Source: Dehalococcoidia bacterium (GTDB lineage Bacteria; Chloroflexota; Dehalococcoidia; Lucifugimonadales; VXLM01). From it: DNA of 64,000 nt. Below the pieces are notes generated by a model. That model did no database searches and was not told the DNA's origin. It worked only from the letters and a program-made list of their open reading frames with translations. Shown here in pieces: positions 9,998 through 18,818 of this stretch; position 1 is the first letter of the stretch; the number at the start of each line of letters is the position of its first letter. The position numbers and the translations under genes were made by a program. The stretch spans positions 3,380,507 to 3,444,506 of the forward strand of contig OY759598.1 of the NCBI GenBank assembly GCA_963662435.1, written 5' to 3'.

Positions 9998-10819
9998 ATG
10001 TCGCTTCCCAACGTCATAGCCGCCACTGTCCTGATTGCCGCACTGACCATCGCCTGCGGATCCGCCGAGGAAACGTCCACTGGCACCGAACCGGCGCCCA
10101 CCGCGCGCCCTCCCGCACCGCCCGCCCAGTCTCAGGCACAGGCGACCGCCCAGCCAACGGCCGCCGCTGAGACCGAGGCCGTCGAGGAGGAGAACCAGGG
10201 ACCGCAGCCTCCGCCGAAGGACGAGCTCATCAAGTTCGCCACCTGGGACGACAACCCCGTCAAGCTGCTCAACTGGATCGCGGCCTACATCGTCGCGCAC
10301 GGGCTCGACAGGCCGATCCGCGTCATCGACGTGGAGGAGGGCGAATACAAGGACCCCCTGCTCGTGAACGACGTCGACATCGTCATCGCGGCGGACGGCG
10401 CTTGGGCCGACGAGCAGGCCGGCGCGGGCAAGGTCGTGCGACTCGTCAACCCGTCGCCCGTCGACGCCACGCTCGCCGTCGTCATCCATCCCAGCATGAA
10501 CCAGCGAGCGCCGGACGTCGTGCAGCTCCTCGAACGGCTCACCATCGAGCCCGACCTCCTCGCCAAGCAGGCCGGCATGATCCGCGGCGGGCGCATCGGC
10601 CTCAAGGAGAACGCCGTCGGCATCAACTTCCTCAAGCGCGAGTACGCCGCATGGATGCACTGGGTCGGCGAGGACGTCGTGGCGCTGGTCAACCAGGCCA
10701 TCGAGGACGGCAAGATCGGCCACTGCCGCCGGTTCGTCAACTACGCCCCCGACCGCATGGGCAACGAAGGCTCACGCTACTGCGTCGACGACCCCACCAA
10801 GACCTCAGGCAACACCTAG
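9998..10819 (+). CDS. Lipoprotein, glycine-betaine-type substrate-binding-like
   Basis: Lipobox LTIAC, then a Pro/Ala/Gln linker and IKFATWD...IAAYIVAHG, loosely like OpuAC/ProX. GAGG RBS before ATG 9998. Confidence 0.5.
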   Translation: MSLPNVIAATVLIAALTIACGSAEETSTGTEPAPTARPPAPPAQSQAQATAQPTAAAETEAVEEENQGPQPPPKDELIKFATWDDNPVKLLNWIAAYIVAHGLDRPIRVIDVEEGEYKDPLLVNDVDIVIAADGAWADEQAGAGKVVRLVNPSPVDATLAVVIHPSMNQRAPDVVQLLERLTIEPDLLAKQAGMIRGGRIGLKENAVGINFLKREYAAWMHWVGEDVVALVNQAIEDGKIGHCRRFVNYAPDRMGNEGSRYCVDDPTKTSGNT

Positions 10820-10829
10820 AGAGGCCCCA

Positions 10830-12098
10830 ATGACCAACGACCCCGGCGACCGATACACCCTCCTGACGGCCGACCGACTCATCGACGGCACCGGCGCGCC
10901 CCCCATCGACCGGGGCGCCGTGCTCGCCAGGGACGGCGCTATCGTCGCCGTCGGCCCCCGCGACAGCGTCGTGCCCCCCGAGGGCGTGCCCGTCGACACG
11001 CACCACTACCCGCACGCGACCGTCCTCCCCGGACTCGTCGACTCCCACGTCCACCTCATCGGCATCGGCGACGGGCGCAAGGGCGACGACCTCGTCACCT
11101 TGCCCGACGAGATACTCACCGTACAGGCCGCCGAAAACGCCCGCAGGCACCTCCACTCCGGCGTCACCACCGTGCGCGACTGCGGCGCCAAGAACCGCAC
11201 CACCTTCCTCCTCCGCCAGGCCATCGAGATGGGCATCGCCACCGGACCGCGACTCCTCCTGACCGGACGCCCCGTCGCCATCATCGGCGGACACCTCAGC
11301 TACTTCGGCACCCAGGCCACCGGCGTCGACGAGTGCCGAGCCGCCGTCCGGCAGCTCATCAAGGAGGGCGCCGACTTCATCAAGATAACCGCCACCGGCG
11401 GCAGCACCGCCACCTCGCACCCCAACCTCCCTTCCTTTAACGTCGACGAGCTGACCGCCATCATCGACGAGGCCCACAAGTTCGGCAAACACGCCGCCGC
11501 ACACTGCGCATCGTCCCAGGGCATGATCAACGCCCTCGACGCCGGCATCGACACCATCATCCACGCCTACTTCAAGGAACCCGACGGCTCGTTCCTCTAC
11601 CGCCCTGAGATTTCCGACCGCATCGCCGAGCAGGGCGTCTTCGTCAATCCCACCCTCCACCAAGGGCGCAACCGCCTCTGGCTCCTCGAGGAGAAGGCCG
11701 AGCACGGTCCCCTCACTCAGCAGGAGCAGGCCGACCTCGACGACGGCAGGGCCACCCTCGAGCTCCGCTACGACCAGGTCGCCCGCATGGTCGCCGCCGG
11801 CGTCAAGCTCACCGCCGGCTCCGACGCCGCGTGGTCCTTCCTCCCCATGGGACTCTTCCAGCACGAAATACAGTCCCACACCGAGGCCGGACTCTCCCCG
11901 CTCCAGGCCGTCGTCTCCGCAACCGGCGACTCCGCCAGGTCCTGCTGGGTCGACAACGACCTCGGCACACTCCAGCCCGGCAAGCGCGCCGACCTCCTCG
12001 TCGTCCACGGCGACCCCTCGCACGACATCGACGACCTCTCCAACGTCATCGACGTCTACATCAACGGCGCAAGAGTCGACAGAGGCGACCTCGTGTGA
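10830..12098 (+). CDS. Metal-dependent amidohydrolase (prolidase-like)
   Basis: LPGLVDSHVH, GVTTVRDCG, GADFIK, AGSDA and GTLQPGKRADLL motifs. Confidence 0.9.
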   Translation: MTNDPGDRYTLLTADRLIDGTGAPPIDRGAVLARDGAIVAVGPRDSVVPPEGVPVDTHHYPHATVLPGLVDSHVHLIGIGDGRKGDDLVTLPDEILTVQAAENARRHLHSGVTTVRDCGAKNRTTFLLRQAIEMGIATGPRLLLTGRPVAIIGGHLSYFGTQATGVDECRAAVRQLIKEGADFIKITATGGSTATSHPNLPSFNVDELTAIIDEAHKFGKHAAAHCASSQGMINALDAGIDTIIHAYFKEPDGSFLYRPEISDRIAEQGVFVNPTLHQGRNRLWLLEEKAEHGPLTQQEQADLDDGRATLELRYDQVARMVAAGVKLTAGSDAAWSFLPMGLFQHEIQSHTEAGLSPLQAVVSATGDSARSCWVDNDLGTLQPGKRADLLVVHGDPSHDIDDLSNVIDVYINGARVDRGDLV

Positions 12099-12120
12099 GG
12101 CATCGGTGCTCGGTGCTGGT

Positions 12121-12230
12121 TCATGCTTCGACAGGCTCAGCACGAACGGGGGGGGTTGGCTCACCCCTAACGGAAACATACCCCAACACCGTTCACCCTG
12201 AGCCTGTCGAAGGGTCGAAGGGTCGAAGGG
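12121..12230. repeat. Family A repeat cluster upstream of the GIY-YIG gene; includes left direct repeat 12158-12230
   Basis: TTCGACAGGCTCAGCACGAACGG...GGCTCACCCCTAACGGAAACATACCCCAACACCGTTCACCCTGAGCCTG(TCGAAGGG)x3. Confidence 0.8.
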
Positions 12231-12274
12231 ACGAGCCCATTAATACGCGAGGAACTTACTAGGAAAGGACCACT

Positions 12275-12553
12275 TTGGGGTTTTACGTATACATCCTCAA
12301 ATGCGCGGACGACTCATAATACACCGGACACACCGATGATCTGGAAGCCAGACTTGCCGCCCACCAAACCGGACTCTTCCGAAACTACACGCTCAACAGG
12401 AGGCCGGTGAAGCTCGTCTTCGCTGAGGAGCTCCCGACAAGACTTGATGCACTCGAACAAGAACGACGCATCAAGGGATGGTCCAGGGCAAAAAAGGAAG
12501 CGCTTATAAGCCGTGATTGGGACAAACTGGTTGCTCTGTCCCGTTCATCCTAA
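12275..12553 (+). pseudogene. GIY-YIG nuclease (UPF0213/YhbQ-like) with a premature TAA at codon 15
   Basis: Manual translation from TTG after an AGGAAAGG RBS: MGFYVYILKCADDS*YTGHTDDLEARLAAHQTG...RRPVKLVFAEE...ALEQERRIKGWSRAKKEALI. TAA at 12317-12319 sits where Tyr is expected. Absent from the ORF track. Confidence 0.9.
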
Positions 12554-12568
12554 TCCCCCCAATAAACT

Positions 12569-12646
12569 CCGTTCACCCTGAACCTGGCTCACCCCTAACG
12601 GAACATACCCCCGTTCACCCTGAGCCTGTCGAAGGGTCGAAGGGTC
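12569..12646. repeat. Family A repeat cluster downstream of the GIY-YIG gene; includes right direct repeat 12586-12646
   Basis: CCGTTCACCCTGAACCTGGCTCACCCCTAACGGAACATACCCCCGTTCACCCTGAGCCTGTCGAAGGGTCGAAGGGTC. Confidence 0.8.
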
Positions 12647-12682
12647 AAAGGCCACAACCCCTTTCCTTTAACATTAAAAGCC

Positions 12683-12718
12683 CCCTCCGCGCCCTCCGCG
12701 CCCTCTGCGGTGAATCCC
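12683..12718. repeat. Family F repeat (9-nt tandem units ending in GGTGAATCCC)
   Basis: CCCTCCGCG-CCCTCCGCG-CCCTCTGCG-GTGAATCCC; a second copy is at 62624-62657. Confidence 0.6.
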
Positions 12719-12907
12719 CCCTCCTATCCCCCCTCTGCGACCCCCGCCGTCCCCCGTGGGCAGACCCCTCCACACCGCAGCACCAAGCACCCCTGATGAA
12801 ACCCGAAAATACACCCCAAAACCCTACGCAAACCCTACATCGCTGTGCTATACTCCACAGCGGCAAATACCGTCCGGGAATGGGAACCAACGACCAAGTC
12901 CAGCTAC

Positions 12908-12936
12908 TTGACAGTGGTTTCCCCCGATGGTATTGT
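12908..12936 (+). promoter_or_regulatory. Sigma70-type promoter of the cadherin/LRR gene
   Basis: TTGACA, 17-nt spacer, TATTGT with an extended TG. Supports a start at ATG 12984. Confidence 0.6.
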
Positions 12937-12983
12937 TCGGACATCCACGTTTAGACCAAGTTCTAGGCAAAGAGAGGGCACGC

Positions 12984-15900
12984 ATGAAGAATAGATCATC
13001 CTACGCAGTATTGACCCGCTTTGGCATCATCGCCGCCATACTGGCGACCTTGGTGTTCATCGCGCCTGCGGCAACCGCGCAGTCGGAGTGCGAGTTGGAC
13101 GACGGCACGTTGGAGTGTACGTATCCTGAGAAGGGCACGGACTCGGTCACGACGTTGACCGCGTCTGACGAGGACGAGGACGCTGGCGACGTTGAGTGGA
13201 GTTTGGACGGAGTCGACAAAGGCGCCTTCAAGATTAGCGATGATGGCGTGCTCACCTTCGACAAGTCGCCTAACTTCGAGAGTCCTACGGACGCGGACGA
13301 GGACACTGCCGCCTCCGGCGACCAGGGCAAGGGCGACAACGTGTACAAGGTGACGGTGGTTGCCACGAGCGACACGAAGACCGAGTTGAAGGTCGAGGTG
13401 ACCGTTACGGACATTGAAGAGGAAGGTGAAGTGACCTTCGACCAGCCTCAGCCTCAGGCCACGAGGGGTCTGGTGGCGAGTGTCAGCGACGGTGACGGCG
13501 AAATCACCAACCGGCAGTGGCAGTGGTCGAAGTCGATGGACATGGAGAATTGGACGGACATTGAGGGCGCCACGTCGGCGTCCCGCAGTCCGGCCGCGGC
13601 GGACGTAGGCTACTACCTTCGTGCGACGGTCACGTACACCGACAGGCGCGGGCCGGACAAGACGGCTTCGGGCGTGACGGCCAACAAGGTGGAGGCGAGG
13701 ACGCTGGCGAACGCCGCGCCGAGCTTCGGCGATATTGACCCGATCCCGGTGGACGAGAACGTGAAGGGGAACATCGGTGACCCGATAGTTGCCAATGACG
13801 CAGACAATGACGTGCTTCTGTACTCTTTGGACGCTGCCTACGATGCGAACGCTGGCACCGATGGAGCTCAAAACGACAACGGGCTGTTCGATATGAGCAA
13901 AGATGGCCAGTTGTCGCTGAAGGCCGGTTTGGACTACGAGAGTCCTGGAGACGATCCCGCCACTGGTTCCGCTAGAGTGGCGAACGCAGTCACCACCGAC
14001 GATATACCCGACGGTGTGTTCGTGTACAGGGTGGGGATCAAGGCTCTGGACCCGTCCGGTGCCCCCGGCACGGCAGTAGTGATGGTTCACCTCAGCGACG
14101 TGAACGAGGCTCCGAAGTTCAGTGATGCTACGGAGGCGGGTGATGCCGGTCACCCGACGAATGCGAACAAGCTGTACATCACCGAGAACCAGACGAGCGT
14201 GACGACCACCACGTTGTCCCTGCGCTCGACTTCGGCTGTGCCGACTTCGGCTGAGACGATTTCCTATTCAGCGGCGGACAACGATGGGACGACGAAGGAC
14301 ACTGCTGTCAGCTACAAGGTAGAGGGTGCTGACGCGAAGTACTTCACCTTCGCCGACCCAACAACTGGGACACTGACGCCCACCACTGAGCTTAGTGCTG
14401 AGGGCGCGGGCGCCAACTTCGAGAAGAAGCCTTCGTACTCGATAACCATCGTGGCGTCGACCTCTGGCGCTGGCGGTGACGGCAATAATCCGACTTCGGT
14501 TACGATGTACGCCAGGCTGGACGTGACCGTGATGGTGGAGGACGCAGAAGACCCCGGCGAGGTGGAGCTCTCGGCGCGTCAGTCGCAGGTGAACATTCCT
14601 GTGATTGCTAAGCTGAGCGATCCTGACGGCGACGAGACTGCGGTAACGTGGAAGTGGTTCAGAGGCAGCAGTACGACGCCGATACTCAGTGACGCCGGTG
14701 TTCTGGACACAACTGCTGATACCGAGTGCGACGCTGACGCTGACCCTCCCGTACACGCGTCTGATACCGTAATTTGCAGAATCGGTGGACAGACGTCGGC
14801 TCTCTACACGCCGGGTGATGATGATGTCGGTCATATAATCCACGCGGTGGCGAACTACAAGGACGGCCAAGGCTCGGTTGCGGAGAACGCCTTGGGTTCG
14901 TCTGAGGCTTCCGTGCAGGATAGCAACCCTGGGAACACGGCGCCGAAGTTCCCCGACCAGGACCTGAACACTGCTGGCGATCAGTCGGACACGGCGATGC
15001 GCTCGGTTCCTGAGAACTTCAAGGGTAAAGTCGGAGAGCCGATTGGAGCTGTGGACGCTGACGTTGACACTCCCGAAGGCAACATGGAGTTGCTGACGTA
15101 CACGATTGACGACGAGGACAACTTCAGCGTGGACCGGAAGACCGGCCAGCTCAGCACTGCGGTGAAGCTGGACTACGAGGCTCTGCCTGATGACGCGAAG
15201 TATTACATGGTGGTTCTGACGGCTACTGACCCGTCGGGCGCTCAGGACAGCATCACGGTGCAGATCAATGTCACGGACGAGGACGACCCGCCGACGATTA
15301 CGCTGGCTGAAGAGATGACCGGCGAATGCAACGATGATTACGAGTGCACGTATCCTGAGAAGGGTACGGGCCCGGTCGCGACGTTTAGCGGGTCTGACGA
15401 GGACGAGGGCGCTGGCGACGTTGATTGGAGTTTGGACGGAGTCGACAAAGGCGCCTTCAAGATTAGCGATGATGGCGTGCTCACCTTCGACAAGTCGCCT
15501 AACTTCGAGAGTCCTACGGACGCGGACGAGGACACTGCCGCCTCCGGCGATCAGGGCAAGGGCGACAACGTGTACAAGGTGACGGTGGTTGCCACGAGCG
15601 ACACGAAGACCGAGTTGAAGGTCGAGGTGACCGTTACGGACATTGAAGAGGAAGGTGAAGTGACCTTCGACCAGCCTCAGCCTCAGGCCACGAGAGGTCT
15701 GGTGGCGAGTGTCAGCGACGGTGACGGCGAGATCATCGATCGGCAGTGGCAGTGGTCGAAGTCGATGGACATGGAGAATTGGACGGACATTGAGGGCGCC
15801 ACGTCGGCGTCCCGCAGTCCGGCCGCGGCGGACGTAGGCTACTACCTTCGTGCGACGGTCACGTACACCGACAGGCGCGGGCCGGACAAGACGGCTTCGG

Positions 15901-18386
15901 GCGTGACGGCCAACAAGGTGGAGGCGAGGACGCTGGCGAACGCCGCGCCGAGCTTCGGCGATATTGACCCGATCCCGGTGGACGAGAACGTGAAGGGGAA
16001 CATCGGTGACCCGATAGTTGCCAATGACGCAGACAATGACGTGCTTCTGTACTCTTTGGACGCTGCCTACGATGCGAACGCTGGCACCGATGGAGCTCAA
16101 AACGACAACGGGCTGTTCGATATGAGCAAAGATGGCCAGTTGTCGCTGAAGGCCGGTTTGGACTACGAGAGTCCTGGAGACGATCCCGCCACTGGTTCCG
16201 CTAGAGTGGCGAACGCAGTCACCACCGACGATATACCCGACGGTGTGTTCGTGTACAGGGTGGGGATCAAGGCTCTGGACCCGTCCGGTGCCCCCGGCAC
16301 GGCAGTAGTGATGGTTCACCTCAGCGACGTGAACGAGGCTCCGAAGTTCAGTGATGCTACGGAGGCGGGTGATGCCGGTCACCCGACGAATGCGAACAAG
16401 CTGTACATCACCGAGAACCAGACGAGCGTGACGACCACCACGTTGTCCCTGCGCTCGACTTCGGCTGTGCCGACTTCGGCTGAGACGATTTCCTATTCAG
16501 CGGCGGACAACGATGGGACGACGAAGGACACTGCTGTCAGCTACAAGGTAGAGGGTGCTGACGCGAAGTACTTCACCTTCGCCGACCCAACAACTGGGAC
16601 ACTGACGCCCACCACTGAGCTTAGTGCTGAGGGCGCGGGCGCCAACTTCGAGAAGAAGCCTTCGTACTCGATAACCATCGTGGCGTCGACCTCTGGCGCT
16701 GGCGGTGACGGCAATAATCCGACTTCGGTTACGATGTACGCCAGGCTGGACGTGACCGTGATGGTGGAGGACGCAGAAGACCCCGGCGAGGTGGAGCTCT
16801 CGGCGCGTCAGTCGCAGGTGAACATTCCTGTGATTGCTAAGCTGAGCGATCCTGACGGCGACGAGACTGCGGTAACGTGGAAGTGGTTCAGAGGCAGCAG
16901 TACGACGCCGATACTCAGTGACGCCGGTGTTCTGGACACAACTGCTGATACCGAGTGCGACGCTGACGCTGACCCTCCCGTAGACGCGTCTGATACCGTA
17001 ATTTGCAGAATCGGTGGACAGACGTCGGCTCTCTACACGCCGGGTGATGATGATGTCGGTCATATAATCCACGCGGTGGCGAACTACAAGGACGGCCAAG
17101 GCTCGGTTGCGGAGAACGCCTTGGGTTCGTCTGAGGCTTCCGTGCAGGATAGCAACCCTGGGAACACGGCGCCGAAGTTCCCCGACCAGGACCTGAACAC
17201 TGCTGGCGATCAGTCGGACACGGCGATGCGCTCGGTTCCTGAGAACTTCAAGGGTAAAGTCGGAGAGCCGATTGGAGCTGTGGACGCTGACGTTGACACT
17301 CCCGAAGGCAACATGGAGTTGCTGACGTACACGATTGACGACGAGGACAACTTCAGCGTGGACCGGAAGACCGGCCAGCTCAGCACTGCGGTGAAGCTGG
17401 ACTACGAGGCTCTGCCTGATGACGCGAAGTATTACATGGTGGTTCTGACGGCTACTGACCCGTCGGGCGCTCAGGACAGCATCACGGTGCAGATCAATGT
17501 CACGGACGAGGACGACCCGCCGGTCATTACGCTCGGTGGCGCGCCTGCGCCTGCGCCTGACCCCGCGGGCCCGGACTGCATGTCCGCAGCAGGCGGTGTG
17601 AGTTCCCTGGCGCCTGACTGCCAGACGCTCCTCAACATCATGGACGAGCTGATTGGCGGCGGCACTGCAGACTTGAACTGGAGCGTTGACACGCCGATGT
17701 CCGATTGGGAAGGCATTGCCGGCACCGCCACGGGTCGCGTGACGCGGATCCACCTGCGCGGCGCAGGTCTCGCGGGTGTGCTCCCGGCCGGGATCACCGC
17801 GCTGAACGCACTTGAGAGACTGACGTTGACCGACAACGACCTGACGGGCGATATCCCGGACCTCAGCGGCTTGGACAGCATCGATTGGCTCGTCCTGGGC
17901 GGCAACGCCTTCACGGGCGGAATCCCGGCTTCGCTGGGCGACCTGGGCAGTCTGCGGAGACTGTGGCTGCACAGGAATGACGGTGGCTTCGAGGGCGGAA
18001 TCCCGGCTGAGCTGGGTAGCCTGCCGAGGCTCCGGTACCTGATGCTCTACGGCAACGACTTGGCGGGCGGAATCCCGGCTTCGCTGGGCGACGCGACCAA
18101 CCTGAAGGCGCTGTACCTGCACGACAACATGCTGTCGGGCTCGATACCCGCTTCGCTGGGTAGCCTGATGACCGAAGCGGACGATACGCTGCGGTTGCTG
18201 TACCTGCACAACAACATGCTGAGCGGTGCGATACCGGCAGAGTTGGGCAACCTCACCAGCCTGGAGCGCATACTGCTCGCGGGCAACGACGACCTCAGCG
18301 GCTGCATACCGGCAGCGATCATAGACGCCGCCGCTGACGCCGACATGGCCGGTCTGATGGCCTGCCCAGCCGAAGACGAATCGTAA
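12984..18386 (+). CDS. Secreted cadherin-like domain plus leucine-rich repeat protein (1800 aa)
   Basis: Signal peptide; cadherin-like motifs (LDYE, ATDPSG, DVNEAPKF, NTAPKF); C-terminal plant-type LRRs (LSGSIPASLGSL); internal 743-aa duplication. Confidence 0.85.
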   Translation: MKNRSSYAVLTRFGIIAAILATLVFIAPAATAQSECELDDGTLECTYPEKGTDSVTTLTASDEDEDAGDVEWSLDGVDKGAFKISDDGVLTFDKSPNFESPTDADEDTAASGDQGKGDNVYKVTVVATSDTKTELKVEVTVTDIEEEGEVTFDQPQPQATRGLVASVSDGDGEITNRQWQWSKSMDMENWTDIEGATSASRSPAAADVGYYLRATVTYTDRRGPDKTASGVTANKVEARTLANAAPSFGDIDPIPVDENVKGNIGDPIVANDADNDVLLYSLDAAYDANAGTDGAQNDNGLFDMSKDGQLSLKAGLDYESPGDDPATGSARVANAVTTDDIPDGVFVYRVGIKALDPSGAPGTAVVMVHLSDVNEAPKFSDATEAGDAGHPTNANKLYITENQTSVTTTTLSLRSTSAVPTSAETISYSAADNDGTTKDTAVSYKVEGADAKYFTFADPTTGTLTPTTELSAEGAGANFEKKPSYSITIVASTSGAGGDGNNPTSVTMYARLDVTVMVEDAEDPGEVELSARQSQVNIPVIAKLSDPDGDETAVTWKWFRGSSTTPILSDAGVLDTTADTECDADADPPVHASDTVICRIGGQTSALYTPGDDDVGHIIHAVANYKDGQGSVAENALGSSEASVQDSNPGNTAPKFPDQDLNTAGDQSDTAMRSVPENFKGKVGEPIGAVDADVDTPEGNMELLTYTIDDEDNFSVDRKTGQLSTAVKLDYEALPDDAKYYMVVLTATDPSGAQDSITVQINVTDEDDPPTITLAEEMTGECNDDYECTYPEKGTGPVATFSGSDEDEGAGDVDWSLDGVDKGAFKISDDGVLTFDKSPNFESPTDADEDTAASGDQGKGDNVYKVTVVATSDTKTELKVEVTVTDIEEEGEVTFDQPQPQATRGLVASVSDGDGEIIDRQWQWSKSMDMENWTDIEGATSASRSPAAADVGYYLRATVTYTDRRGPDKTASGVTANKVEARTLANAAPSFGDIDPIPVDENVKGNIGDPIVANDADNDVLLYSLDAAYDANAGTDGAQNDNGLFDMSKDGQLSLKAGLDYESPGDDPATGSARVANAVTTDDIPDGVFVYRVGIKALDPSGAPGTAVVMVHLSDVNEAPKFSDATEAGDAGHPTNANKLYITENQTSVTTTTLSLRSTSAVPTSAETISYSAADNDGTTKDTAVSYKVEGADAKYFTFADPTTGTLTPTTELSAEGAGANFEKKPSYSITIVASTSGAGGDGNNPTSVTMYARLDVTVMVEDAEDPGEVELSARQSQVNIPVIAKLSDPDGDETAVTWKWFRGSSTTPILSDAGVLDTTADTECDADADPPVDASDTVICRIGGQTSALYTPGDDDVGHIIHAVANYKDGQGSVAENALGSSEASVQDSNPGNTAPKFPDQDLNTAGDQSDTAMRSVPENFKGKVGEPIGAVDADVDTPEGNMELLTYTIDDEDNFSVDRKTGQLSTAVKLDYEALPDDAKYYMVVLTATDPSGAQDSITVQINVTDEDDPPVITLGGAPAPAPDPAGPDCMSAAGGVSSLAPDCQTLLNIMDELIGGGTADLNWSVDTPMSDWEGIAGTATGRVTRIHLRGAGLAGVLPAGITALNALERLTLTDNDLTGDIPDLSGLDSIDWLVLGGNAFTGGIPASLGDLGSLRRLWLHRNDGGFEGGIPAELGSLPRLRYLMLYGNDLAGGIPASLGDATNLKALYLHDNMLSGSIPASLGSLMTEADDTLRLLYLHNNMLSGAIPAELGNLTSLERILLAGNDDLSGCIPAAIIDAAADADMAGLMACPAEDES
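13113..17533 (+). repeat. Tandem intragenic duplication, period 2229 bp (copy 1 ~13113-15304, copy 2 ~15342-17533)
   Basis: Near-identical sequence at offset 2229, e.g. GAGTGYACGTATCCTGAGAAGGG at 13113 and 15342. Confidence 0.95.
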
Positions 18387-18448
18387 CAACCGAAACAGAA
18401 CGTGAGGGTCGGCAACCCCGGCCCTCACCGACGACAAGCAACCAAAGA

Positions 18449-18485
18449 AGCGCCGCCGGCCACCCCCGGCGGCGCTCCTCCTTTC
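18449..18485 (+). terminator. Putative terminator after the cadherin/LRR gene
   Basis: 11-bp stem AGCGCCGCCGG/CCGGCGGCGCT followed by a pyrimidine tract; a second hairpin lies at 18402-18428. Confidence 0.5.
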
Positions 18486-18494
18486 CCCCCCACT

Positions 18495-18742
18495 CGTCAT
18501 TCCCGCGCACGCGGGAATCCATCCCCCAACTTGACAATAATCCACGGAAATGTCCCAAAATGCCACACCACGCCACAAATCAGCCCTCCCGTCCCCCAAT
18601 ACCGTAGGGGCGGTTCGCGAACCGCCCAAGCCCTCCCGTCCACCCTGAGCCTGTCACCTCACCGTCATTCCCGCGCACGCGGGAATCCATCCCCCCGTCA
18701 TCCCCCCCCAAATGTCCCAAAATGTCACACCACGCCACAAAT
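18495..18742. repeat. Composite repeat cluster: two family B palindromes, a GTAG-type REP, a partial family A unit and a duplicated 33-nt motif
   Basis: CGTCATTCCCGCGCACGCGGGAATCCA at 18495 and 18663; GTAGGGGCGGTTCGCGAACCGCCC at 18604; AAATGTCCCAAAATGYCACACCACGCCACAAAT at 18548 and 18710. Confidence 0.8.
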
Positions 18743-18818
18743 TCGACCACTTTCCTCCCAACACGCGCATGTCTTGTGGTAGCATCGCAACGATCAACGA
18801 CACTAGGGAGGTAACACC

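Noticed and set aside
12317..12319. Programmed recoding of the TAA in the GIY-YIG gene
   Set aside because: TAA is used as a normal stop elsewhere in the window, and a single TAY-to-TAA change or error explains it.
12121..12646. CRISPR array interpretation of the direct repeats
   Set aside because: There are only two or three irregular copies flanking a gene, no constant-length unique spacers, and no cas genes.
12927..12983. Upstream ATG for the cadherin/LRR gene
   Set aside because: It lies within the predicted promoter, whereas ATG 12984 has an RBS and begins a signal peptide.
14268..18629. Long antisense ORFs (704 and 710 aa), and similar ones opposite pnp and other genes
   Set aside because: They are shadow ORFs of GC-rich coding strands with no recognisable motifs.
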